64,000 bases of DNA. Source: a virus. The notes beneath the pieces were generated by a model. It was not told the origin of the DNA, did no database searches, and worked only from the letters and a program-made list of their open reading frames with translations. The stretch is taken from positions 1-64,000 of the IMG/VR virus record IMGVR_UViG_3300032307_000370; one strand, given 5' to 3'. Shown here piece by piece: positions 1 to 8,826 of the stretch (positions within the stretch are counted from its first letter, which is position 1; every line of letters begins with the position of its first letter). The position numbers and the translations under genes were made by a program.

Positions 1-663
1 ACTAACGGAACTAATGGTTCAAGTGGGACCAACGGTACAAGCGGTACGAATGGTACTTCAGGTGTTAGTGGGGCTTCGGGTACTAGTGGAACAAATGGTA
101 CTTCGGGAACTGGTTTTAACACCATATCACCAACAACCGCAAATAACATACTTACCGCCAACGGAACACCAAATAGTGCCGATAGCGAACCTAACTTAAC
201 TTTTGATGGTAACGTATTAAACGTTACGGGATCAATAGTTCAAACAGGTGGGGGTTATTCATTAATTAATAATCCAACGACCATTTTAACTGGTAATGGA
301 GGATATGGGGACATTGTGACTTTTGGAACAGGAACATTAAGTGCCGGTCAACTTTATTATTATAATAGTTCAGGAGCTTGGGTTGCTGCAGACGCGGATT
401 CGGTGACAACATCTAGTGGTTTATTAGGTATAGCATTAGGATCGGCACCTTCAAATGGTATTGTTTTAAGGGGGTATGTAAGAAATACTTCATACACATT
501 TGCAACCGCAGATATATTATATGTGTCAACAACCGCAGGATCAATTACTTCAACGCAACCTTCAGGATCGGGAGATATTGTTAGAATAGTTGGGTATATG
601 ATAGATTCCTCAACTGATGTTTTATTCTTTAACCCTGATAATACATTCATTGAATTATCTTAA
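1..663 (+). CDS. Collagen-like (Gly-X-Y) fibre/decoration protein, 5'-truncated by the window edge
   Basis: Frame 1 is open from base 1 (TNGTNGSSGTNGTSGTNGTSGVSGASGTSGTNGTSG...) and in frame with the tracked ORF 316..663. The C-terminal ~110 aa (GQLYYYNSSGAWVAADA...LLGIAL...LYVSTTAGSITSTQP) resembles capsid-decoration/fibre-tip domains. Confidence 0.7.
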   Translation, partial: TNGTNGSSGTNGTSGTNGTSGVSGASGTSGTNGTSGTGFNTISPTTANNILTANGTPNSADSEPNLTFDGNVLNVTGSIVQTGGGYSLINNPTTILTGNGGYGDIVTFGTGTLSAGQLYYYNSSGAWVAADADSVTTSSGLLGIALGSAPSNGIVLRGYVRNTSYTFATADILYVSTTAGSITSTQPSGSGDIVRIVGYMIDSSTDVLFFNPDNTFIELS

Positions 664-696
664 TTTATAAAAGGTCATTTATTTTTCTTGTTTGAG

Positions 697-704
697 TATT
701 TATA
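697..704 (+). promoter_or_regulatory. Putative late-promoter motif TATTTATA
   Basis: Lies 12 nt before ATG 717. The same octamer recurs 11-14 nt before ATGs at 5752, 8827, 19792, 41758, 46153 and 58107. Confidence 0.65.
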
Positions 705-716
705 ATATATTATATT

Positions 717-2717
717 ATGTCAAATCTTATTAAAATAAATGGTGTTTTATGCGAATCAATTTCAAAAATTGATGGTGTAAACCGTTTAAATATTTTTGAA
801 GTAAATCTTGTTGAATTAATCTGTAACACTCCGACCCCAACACCAACAAATACACCAACGAATACATTAACGCCAACGAACACATTAACGCCAACGAATA
901 CGTTAACTCCGACAAATACTCCAACGAACACATTAACACCAACAAACACATTAACACCAACAAACACATTAACACCAACAAATACTCCAACGAACACATT
1001 AACACCAACAAACACATTAACACCAACAAACACATTAACACCAACAAATACTCCAACGAACACATTAACACCAACAAATACTCAAACTCCGACAAGAACG
1101 GCAACACCAACTTTAACTCCAACAAATACTCAAACTCCAACAAATACTCCAACGAACACATTAACACCAACAAACACATTAACACCAACAAATACGCCAA
1201 CAAACACATTAACACCAACAAATACCCAAACTCCAACCAATACTCCAACGAATACGTTAACTCCGACAAACACATTAACACCAACAAATACCCCAACGAA
1301 TACGTTAACTCCGACAAACACATTAACACCAACAAATACTCAAACACCAACAAATACATTAACTCCAACGGTTACTCCTACGGTTACCCCAACAAATACA
1401 TTAACACCGACTATAACGCCAACGAGAACACCTTCAAATACTCCAACGAATACATTAACACCTACGGTTACACCAACATTTACTCCAACGAATACATTAA
1501 CACCTACGGTTACACCAACATTTACTCCAACAAATACATTAACGCCAACTATAACACCAACGAGAACTCCGTCAAATACACCAACAAACACATTAACACC
1601 TACGGTTACACCAACATTTACACCAACAAATACATTAACTCCAACCATAACACCAACGAGAACTCCATCAAATACGCCAACAAATACATTAACACCAACA
1701 AGAACACCTTCAAATACGCCAACAAACACATTAACTCCAACCATAACACCAACGAGAACACCTTCAAACACACCAACAAATACATTAACACCAACAAGAA
1801 CACCTTCAAACACACCAACAAATACATTAACACCAACCGTAACCGTAACAGAAAGTCCTGGAGCTTGTAAAAATGGTGCTTACGCTAACACTAATGGATT
1901 TGCGGTATTCATTACTTGGTATGACTGTTGTGGTGTTCAACAAAATATGACTGTTCCTGCAAATACAACATTGAATTTAACAACTTGTATTGATGTTACT
2001 CAACCATACACTTCAGGCATAAAAGCAACAGGAGCTTGTAGTCAAGTTTGTCCTTCACCAACACCAACAGTAACAGCAACAAGAACACAAACACCAACAA
2101 GAACACCATCACAAACACCAACAAGAACGCCATCACAAACACCAACAAATACATTAACTCCAACGGTAACTCCAACGAGAACACCATCAAACACACCAAC
2201 AAATACCCCAACAAATAGTTTAACACCAACAAGAACCCAAACACCAACAAATACTCAAACACCAACACCAAGTCCGGGTGGATCAACAACATACAAATAT
2301 AATATTCGTTTGTGTTGCGATGGTGGAGCAACTCCTGGTGTGGTTGAGGTTACATTTACTTTATCCGCAGGAGATGTATTTGTTGATACTAATGGTAATT
2401 GTTGGACGGTCACTACATCATCCACAGGTTCTCCAACCGTAACATTTGACACTTATGTTGGTACAGATTGTAGAGAATGTATGGAGATATACGGTTGTGT
2501 ATGGGAAATTCAATGTTGTCCATCATATTCATTTACAGATTACGTTAGTGATTTAGGATGGGCTGGAATGATATACCCTGGTGCGTTTGTTAAATGTAGT
2601 AACGATTTTTGTTATGAGGTAATACAAGCCGTGATTGCAACACCAACCGAAAGTATCGTTAGTGTATATCGCTCTTGTGACGAATGTTCGGGGGATAGCG
2701 GTAATCCATGTAAATAA
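717..2717 (+). CDS. Mucin-like Thr/Pro-repeat protein with Cys-rich modules (putative virion fibre/appendage)
   Basis: 666 aa; ~350 aa of [12 protein letters not shown] repeats, then three Cys-rich modules; no signal peptide visible; TATTTATA upstream. Confidence 0.75.
   Translation: MSNLIKINGVLCESISKIDGVNRLNIFEVNLVELICNTPTPTPTNTPTNTLTPTNTLTPTNTLTPTNTPTNTLTPTNTLTPTNTLTPTNTPTNTLTPTNTLTPTNTLTPTNTPTNTLTPTNTQTPTRTATPTLTPTNTQTPTNTPTNTLTPTNTLTPTNTPTNTLTPTNTQTPTNTPTNTLTPTNTLTPTNTPTNTLTPTNTLTPTNTQTPTNTLTPTVTPTVTPTNTLTPTITPTRTPSNTPTNTLTPTVTPTFTPTNTLTPTVTPTFTPTNTLTPTITPTRTPSNTPTNTLTPTVTPTFTPTNTLTPTITPTRTPSNTPTNTLTPTRTPSNTPTNTLTPTITPTRTPSNTPTNTLTPTRTPSNTPTNTLTPTVTVTESPGACKNGAYANTNGFAVFITWYDCCGVQQNMTVPANTTLNLTTCIDVTQPYTSGIKATGACSQVCPSPTPTVTATRTQTPTRTPSQTPTRTPSQTPTNTLTPTVTPTRTPSNTPTNTPTNSLTPTRTQTPTNTQTPTPSPGGSTTYKYNIRLCCDGGATPGVVEVTFTLSAGDVFVDTNGNCWTVTTSSTGSPTVTFDTYVGTDCRECMEIYGCVWEIQCCPSYSFTDYVSDLGWAGMIYPGAFVKCSNDFCYEVIQAVIATPTESIVSVYRSCDECSGDSGNPCK
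828..1850 (+). repeat. Degenerate coding tandem repeat (units such as CCAACAAACACATTAACA, ~18 bp) encoding TPTNTL
   Basis: Visible tandem iteration of 12-18 bp units, with longer recurring blocks ([18 protein letters not shown]) between ~1400 and 1850. Confidence 0.85.
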
Positions 2718-2734
2718 TAGTAATCTATAAAATA

Positions 2735-2770
2735 AAAAACCCCACCTTTTAAAGATGGGGTTTAATTTTT
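2735..2770. terminator. Bidirectional intrinsic terminator between convergent genes
   Basis: AAACCCCA..TGGGGTTT stem flanked by an A-tract and a T-tract, between stops at 2717 (+) and 2769 (-). Confidence 0.7.
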
Positions 2771-5693
2771 ATTTTCTGTTATCCATATAAATTATTATCT
2801 CATTATACCATTCCATAAAATGTTCATTCCATAAATCCCATTTTATATCTACACCGTCCACCGAATATATTTGAAAATTTTCAAATTGAGGTAGAATGTT
2901 ATCTCTAAACCATCGGAATTTACATTTATGAAAATTTTCATCTTCCCTCATATGAAATTCAGTTACAATCTTTGGGATAGTTTTTAAGAATTCAATATTA
3001 CTTTGTTGGAATACGTCGTATTCTCCACCTTCACAATCACACTTTAGGAAATCAATATGGTTGATATTATTTTCTTCCAAAAATTCTTTGAAGGTAAACG
3101 TTGGTACATTTTCTGTAACATTATCCCACGATATGGTAATATGTTTTTTATCTGTTATTGCTCCCTGTATAATTTTAACATTGTCTTGACCAACATTATT
3201 ATGTAAAACTCCAATCTGATATGATAAAGGTTCAACAACGTAACATTGTTTAGGGTTCTTTGGTAAAATCTTATATGTGAATGGACCCAATGATGCCCCT
3301 AAATCCACAACAATATCACCTTCCTCAACCTCAAAAAATCTTTCATAGGTATTATCTTCAAATATTTCTTTGGTTGCCTGATCTTTATACCAATCAGTTT
3401 TACCACCCCAATCAAATGGTTTGTCATCTATCATTTCTTCCATTACTTCATTATTTATTATTTTATTTATTTCTTTTATAACCATATCGGTACTAATACG
3501 TTTCGTACATTCAAACATCCGATCGGTATTTTTATGTAATGGACACCAATTCCAATCACCGGCATCTAATCTTTCCGAATTAAAACATCCGTGACAAACA
3601 TTTTCATTAATGACCCTATAAGTATCCAAAGTTGTTTCCGCCCATTTTTCACTAAACCCTGAGATTAAAACAACGGGTAATTTACAAGCCCAAGCCAACC
3701 AAGATAAACCTGAACCTAAACCAACGAAGAATTCACATTCGGATAAGTCGTTAATGACTTCTTGTAAGTTTCCTCCTTTAAAAATGGTTACCCCTTTTGG
3801 GTAATGGTTATTCATATAACCATTTCCTTCTTTAGAGTATATCATACATTCATACCCTAATGAGTTTAGGTAGTCAACCACTTTTTGCCAACCATCAGAG
3901 TTATTCCAATACTTTGCCTGTGCGGTTGAATGGAACCCAATCCCAACCTTTTTTTTCTTTGTGGTCTTAGGTAGATTTAATTTTGGTCTTATTTCTTTAT
4001 ACTCTAAACCTAAAATATCGGTTGCAGTTTTTTGTAGTGGTATTTTCTTAAAGTCAATTGGGTTTCTATTTTTATCAAACTTTCCGTCTTTATCGTAAAA
4101 CCAACCCAATCTATATTGAGCGTGTATATTTGGGACAACATCTCCCGGATCAACAAACTCTATATTCGGATATTGATCTCTAAATAAATCATTCATAAAA
4201 GTTGATACAATCAATTTACAATCATGTTTTTGTCTAAACACTTCCATATATGGTATCCATGCCAATGTATCTCCCAATGATTTAGACCCAAACGATATGT
4301 AAACCCTATTATCCTTTAAATTCAAAGTTTGATCATATATGGTCTTACCTTCTTCTTCAACGGTTGTTCTCCACTTAACAAAATATTCGGTATTCAATTT
4401 AACCCAACTATTAATTGATAATTGGTTTTGATAAACAACATTATTGTTGTTATCATAAAATTTTATCGTGAATAAGTTTTTACTTTCTCCTTGTACCTCA
4501 AAGTAAGGTTGGGTTACATAATGTCTTATAAATGTATAATTATTTGTGATCGGTTTGTTTTCGGTAATTTCTAAATCCATTACCATTTTATACATAGTTA
4601 ATAACTCTTCACCAAAGTTTTCATCATTAGGAACTTTATATGTTTTATCGTCATTAATTAAATTAACTAATTGTTTGGAGATATTATCAATACCTTCTTC
4701 AATTGGGGTTATATAGTTTTCAAACATACCAACATATTGTGGTAAATTTCTTGTTAGGATTTTTAACCCATAGTTAATAGATTCTCTTAAAACTAAAGGG
4801 TTACACTCCCAAGTTGAATTAAACATTAACACGTCACAAGCTTGCATGAATTTATCAACATCATCTCTTTCTCCCCAAACTTTTACATTTGATGGTAGGT
4901 TCTTCATAATTGGACCCCAATACTCTTCAAAGTTAGGTGCTTGATTACCAATAAAGTGAAATTGTATTTCGGGATTAGATTCAACCAAAGTTCTTGCAAC
5001 CTCAACTCCCTCACCTTGATTTTTTCCACTTGTCCATAATCCAACATTTAATACATGAGTTTTAAACATATCCATTCCAAGTTCATCCCTAACTTTAATT
5101 TTTTGAATTAATGGAATTTGGTTAATATTTAAATCTACACCATTTTCTTTTGATATCTCCCTAACTTTATTTTCATAAGGATACAAATTTAAAAATTTCA
5201 TGGGTGTTGTATTCTTAAATGTATTTTCCATATGATATGGTGTAACTAAAGAATATGCGTCAGGTTGTAATTTTTTATTTGTTTTTGGGTCATACCATAT
5301 GTTATGACACGTCTCAATAATTCTCCAAGTCCTATTATTAGAATATAATTGATTTAATAAATCTAATGGTATTTTATTAAAAGATTCAAACCCATCTAAC
5401 ATTTCTTCTGAGTGAATAACATCAATATTATTATTTTTAATAATATCAATTAACATATATTTTTTATCAACCTCATCAGTTCCACCTAATGTAAAGAAAT
5501 GATCGTTACCCAATAATTCAATAATTTTATTTCTTTGAACCACATATGTAGAACTGAATTGAGAATACTCAACCAAAAATAATTCAATCCGATCTTTATA
5601 ATCTTGTAATGACTCAATTCTTTTTAATACGAACTGAGGCATACCACCTGTTGATAAGTGGGGCGTTATATATAATAATTTAATCTTTTTCAT
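2769..5693 (-). CDS. Tri-domain enzyme: GT4 glycosyltransferase + TibC/Aah-family (BAHT) protein O-heptosyltransferase + FkbM-type methyltransferase
   Basis: N-term GT-B (HLSTGGMP...GERDDVDKFMQACDVLMFNSTWECNPLVLRES). Middle matches TibC motifs (EYFVKWR..DQTLNLKDNRVYISF..SLGDTLAWIPY; STAQAKYWNN; GSGLSWLAWA..PVVLISGFS; CHGC..WCPLHKNTDRMFEC). C-term VVDLGASLG...FLKCDCEGGE. Confidence 0.85.
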   Translation of the reverse strand: MKKIKLLYITPHLSTGGMPQFVLKRIESLQDYKDRIELFLVEYSQFSSTYVVQRNKIIELLGNDHFFTLGGTDEVDKKYMLIDIIKNNNIDVIHSEEMLDGFESFNKIPLDLLNQLYSNNRTWRIIETCHNIWYDPKTNKKLQPDAYSLVTPYHMENTFKNTTPMKFLNLYPYENKVREISKENGVDLNINQIPLIQKIKVRDELGMDMFKTHVLNVGLWTSGKNQGEGVEVARTLVESNPEIQFHFIGNQAPNFEEYWGPIMKNLPSNVKVWGERDDVDKFMQACDVLMFNSTWECNPLVLRESINYGLKILTRNLPQYVGMFENYITPIEEGIDNISKQLVNLINDDKTYKVPNDENFGEELLTMYKMVMDLEITENKPITNNYTFIRHYVTQPYFEVQGESKNLFTIKFYDNNNNVVYQNQLSINSWVKLNTEYFVKWRTTVEEEGKTIYDQTLNLKDNRVYISFGSKSLGDTLAWIPYMEVFRQKHDCKLIVSTFMNDLFRDQYPNIEFVDPGDVVPNIHAQYRLGWFYDKDGKFDKNRNPIDFKKIPLQKTATDILGLEYKEIRPKLNLPKTTKKKKVGIGFHSTAQAKYWNNSDGWQKVVDYLNSLGYECMIYSKEGNGYMNNHYPKGVTIFKGGNLQEVINDLSECEFFVGLGSGLSWLAWACKLPVVLISGFSEKWAETTLDTYRVINENVCHGCFNSERLDAGDWNWCPLHKNTDRMFECTKRISTDMVIKEINKIINNEVMEEMIDDKPFDWGGKTDWYKDQATKEIFEDNTYERFFEVEEGDIVVDLGASLGPFTYKILPKNPKQCYVVEPLSYQIGVLHNNVGQDNVKIIQGAITDKKHITISWDNVTENVPTFTFKEFLEENNINHIDFLKCDCEGGEYDVFQQSNIEFLKTIPKIVTEFHMREDENFHKCKFRWFRDNILPQFENFQIYSVDGVDIKWDLWNEHFMEWYNEIIIYMDNRK

Positions 5694-5730
5694 AATAATA
5701 AAAATAGGTTATTGAGAATTAAAATTAAAG

Positions 5731-5738
5731 TATTTATA
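5731..5738 (+). promoter_or_regulatory. Putative late-promoter motif TATTTATA
   Basis: 13 nt before ATG 5752. Confidence 0.6.
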
Positions 5739-5751
5739 AAATAAAGATTAA

Positions 5752-7341
5752 ATGCCAAATTCAATAAAATATAATGCAAGTGCGGAAACTTTATCACTTA
5801 AAAAAGGTAACTTTTGGATTGGTACTGGTGATGTTGGGAAAGGTCCGACAAGTACCTCAGGATTTTACAATGGGATCACACCCCCATCCGGTGGGTATAC
5901 AATATATTTAAACAAAGCATCAGGTGGACCATCAATATATGTTGCTTATGATGATACTGAATTAATAAGTATGACTAATAAAATTGCAGGAACAAGTTAT
6001 AGTACGGCAAATGAATGTTTAAATTATTATACATCCCAAACAGATAAAGTTATCTCCAATAAAGAATGTCCAGCAATTATTACAAATGGATTAGTTTTAA
6101 ATATTGATGCAAGTTTTACGCCTTCATACCCAAAAAACGGCACCACATGGTACGATATAAGTGGTGGTGGTAATAATGGGACTTTAATTAATGGGACAAC
6201 CTTTAGTACGGATAATGGTGGTACTATTTTGTTTGACGGTGTGGACGATTATGTTGATATAAATAATAATTCGTCTTTACAGATTGTAGATAATATTACT
6301 ATTGAGATTATAGTTAAAATTAATTCCACAAATATAGGTGATATAAAAGTTATTGCAAATAAATATTCTGGTACGGGTTGGGAATTTCTTTTAGATTCGT
6401 CAGGGAAATTTGTATTAGCAGGAAGAAATGGAGATGGAACCTATTATACTAGTAATAGTCAAACAGTGGTTGCCAACAATAATTACTCTCATTTGGTTGG
6501 TATAAAATCAGGTTTATTATGGCAAACATATGTTAATGGAACTTTAACCTCCACAACAAATGCCAATTCAACAGGTACGTTATCTAACAATACGAATATG
6601 CAGATTGGTAGGGAGGGTCCGAATTACTACACATCCATGTATTTACCATCATTTAAAATATACAACCGAGCTTTATCATCCTCAGAAGTTCTACAAAATT
6701 ATAATGCAACCACATTTTTAGGGTCACAATATAATCCCGCAAATTCAGCTGCGTCAATTTTATCTGTAAACCCATCCGCAACGGATGGATATTATTGGAT
6801 TAATACCAGTTTAGGTCCGAGACAATTATATTGCATCATGTCTCAAGGAGGATGGATGGGAGTTACAAGTGAACTTAGCCCTCAGATTGCAAATTTAGGG
6901 TCATCAGCATCTTGGGAAACTAACACAAATAGAAGATTACAAAGTGCCAACTCTCAAGTATTAAATGTTACGGTTCAAGAAGGTGACTGTGGTTCTCCAA
7001 AATACTATCAATTACGTAGCCCAAGTGTAAACGGATTAAACCATAGTCAAACTATGTTGTTAATACAAAGAGTTACAACCATAGGTCAATGTTCATATAT
7101 AACAGATACGGTTAGTAATGGATATTATACCGGACCAGAATATACCGGAACTTACACTTCTTCCGCAATGTGTACATGGGGTGATGGTAATTTTGCTAAT
7201 ACTTGTTGTGGAGCCCAAAACATGACAGGATTAAAAACTTATTGGGTATTAATAGGTAGTGGTACTAACTCAAGTTTAACTTACCAAGTACAATGTGCCG
7301 GTGGTAGTGGTCAACATTACCATATGTGGTTTGTAAAATAA
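5752..7341 (+). CDS. LamG/concanavalin-A-like domain protein with Cys-rich C-terminal domain (putative fibre/adhesin)
   Basis: GLVLNIDAS..SYPKNGTTWYDISG..NNGTL..FDGVDDYV..KIYNRALSSSEVLQNY is a typical phage LamG signature. It is followed by SAASIL..ATDGYYWIN..QLYC.M..GGW, resembling a fibrinogen-C-like entry motif. Confidence 0.75.
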   Translation: MPNSIKYNASAETLSLKKGNFWIGTGDVGKGPTSTSGFYNGITPPSGGYTIYLNKASGGPSIYVAYDDTELISMTNKIAGTSYSTANECLNYYTSQTDKVISNKECPAIITNGLVLNIDASFTPSYPKNGTTWYDISGGGNNGTLINGTTFSTDNGGTILFDGVDDYVDINNNSSLQIVDNITIEIIVKINSTNIGDIKVIANKYSGTGWEFLLDSSGKFVLAGRNGDGTYYTSNSQTVVANNNYSHLVGIKSGLLWQTYVNGTLTSTTNANSTGTLSNNTNMQIGREGPNYYTSMYLPSFKIYNRALSSSEVLQNYNATTFLGSQYNPANSAASILSVNPSATDGYYWINTSLGPRQLYCIMSQGGWMGVTSELSPQIANLGSSASWETNTNRRLQSANSQVLNVTVQEGDCGSPKYYQLRSPSVNGLNHSQTMLLIQRVTTIGQCSYITDTVSNGYYTGPEYTGTYTSSAMCTWGDGNFANTCCGAQNMTGLKTYWVLIGSGTNSSLTYQVQCAGGSGQHYHMWFVK

Positions 7342-7348
7342 TATAATT

Positions 7349-7546
7349 ATGGCGTATATAATAGTTAAAAATGTTATGGGAATTATTGGAGAACAAATCT
7401 TAATATACCCATTTAGAGAAGGGGATCAAATATATAGTTATGTTACTATGGAAGAAGCCCAACAAAAACTTAATGAGATTCAAAATGAAATCATTTACAG
7501 TGATTGTACCCTTCAAATTATTGAGGATAATGATTGGTATTTATAG
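7349..7546 (+). CDS. Hypothetical protein (65 aa)
   Basis: Tightly packed after the LamG gene, same strand. Confidence 0.5.
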   Translation: MAYIIVKNVMGIIGEQILIYPFREGDQIYSYVTMEEAQQKLNEIQNEIIYSDCTLQIIEDNDWYL

Positions 7547-7548
7547 TT

Positions 7549-7821
7549 ATGGAAACTCAAGAATATGATAATAGAAGATTTATGATATTTTCAGTAACTG
7601 AATTAAATCAAATTGATTTTAATGAAGTTTTAGAAACATCAATAGACACCGTAAGAAAATCGGTGGACCAATTAAAAACATTTGTAAAGTGGGAGAATGT
7701 AATACCCGAATGCGTAACTAATCTAACAACAAAGGAGGGTCCTTATACTTATGAAGAGATATTAGTAATTTTGGCAACACCAGAATGGACAGATCCGAAC
7801 CCTCCAATGATAATACCATAA
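7549..7821 (+). CDS. Conserved-looking phage hypothetical protein
   Basis: IDFNEVLETS..TVRKS.D..KTFVKW..PYTYEEIL.IL.TPEW motif; the ATG at 7549 follows the previous stop (track start 7534 overlaps the previous gene). Confidence 0.6.
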   Translation: METQEYDNRRFMIFSVTELNQIDFNEVLETSIDTVRKSVDQLKTFVKWENVIPECVTNLTTKEGPYTYEEILVILATPEWTDPNPPMIIP

Positions 7822-7859
7822 CTTATTTATTTTTATCTCATAGCCTTTATAATTAAGAT

Positions 7860-8798
7860 ATGAAAAAAGTTTGTTTGGATGTTTCGGGCGCAAGAGCGTT
7901 AGGTGATACCTTGGCTTCAACTCCCACTTTAAGAAAACTCTATCATTCATATAATCAAAAAATTTCCATCATAACTCACCACCCATATTTATTTCATAAT
8001 AACCCATACGTTGATGTGGTATACAACGAACTAACTATTCCGATAACCGATGAACAAAAACAAGAATATGAAATTTTTAATTCGTTCAACATTGGGTATC
8101 ACCCAAATGGTGTTTGTTATAAACATAATACGATGGATATAAGACAGTTCCACGCAATTAATCTTGGGTTTATGTTAACCAAAGATGAGATGGTGTTGGA
8201 TTACATTTCAGATCCGTACGAACCTATTGAAGGTCTACCTGAAAAATACGTTTTAATACACCCCGTTCAGAATTGGAACTCAAGAACGTGGGATGCAAAA
8301 AAATGGCAACTACTCACAAAACTTTTAAACGAAAGGGGTATTGCCGTTGTGTCGGTCGGTAAAGATTCTTCCGAACTCGGAGGATCTAATGTTGATAAAC
8401 CGGTATTCAATTTCCCAATAGAATTAGGTATGAACCTAATGAACCAAACTACATTATCTCAAACGTGGCATTTAATTAATAATAGTATGTGTTTTATCAC
8501 TATGGATTCAGGTTTATTACATTTGGCGGGAACGACAGATGTACATATTATTCAATTGGGTAGTTCAATAAATCCTGAGTTCAGATCACCATTTAGAAAA
8601 GGATCACAAGAATATAAATACCATTATGTTAGAGGTGGTTGCGGATTAAATTGTGCTTCAGATATGAAATATGGGGTTAGAGAATGGCAATCAATACAAG
8701 GAATACCATCTTTAGTTAATTGTTTGGAAAGAAAAGAAACTTTTGAGTGTCACCCAAACCCATTGATGGTATATAATAAAGTTATGGAAATAATATAA
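7860..8798 (+). CDS. GT9-like (heptosyltransferase-fold) glycosyltransferase with Cys-rich C-terminus
   Basis: ALGDTLASTP; YVLIHP..WNSRTW..KKW; FITMDSGLLHLAG; C-terminal CGLNC..C..FEC. Confidence 0.75.
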   Translation: MKKVCLDVSGARALGDTLASTPTLRKLYHSYNQKISIITHHPYLFHNNPYVDVVYNELTIPITDEQKQEYEIFNSFNIGYHPNGVCYKHNTMDIRQFHAINLGFMLTKDEMVLDYISDPYEPIEGLPEKYVLIHPVQNWNSRTWDAKKWQLLTKLLNERGIAVVSVGKDSSELGGSNVDKPVFNFPIELGMNLMNQTTLSQTWHLINNSMCFITMDSGLLHLAGTTDVHIIQLGSSINPEFRSPFRKGSQEYKYHYVRGGCGLNCASDMKYGVREWQSIQGIPSLVNCLERKETFECHPNPLMVYNKVMEII

Positions 8799-8805
8799 AA
8801 AGTAG

Positions 8806-8813
8806 TATTTATA
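8806..8813 (+). promoter_or_regulatory. Putative late-promoter motif TATTTATA
   Basis: 13 nt before ATG 8827. Confidence 0.6.
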
Positions 8814-8826
8814 ATAAAATAATTTA

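Noticed and set aside
710-1836. Minus-strand Val/Gly-repeat ORFs (also 9447-10001 and 24320-24877)
   Set aside because: They are antisense shadows of the ACA/CCA-rich Thr-Pro repeats and have no independent signals.
828-1850. Repeat array as a possible CRISPR
   Set aside because: Units are contiguous, degenerate, in-frame coding repeats without unique spacers; no cas genes are visible.
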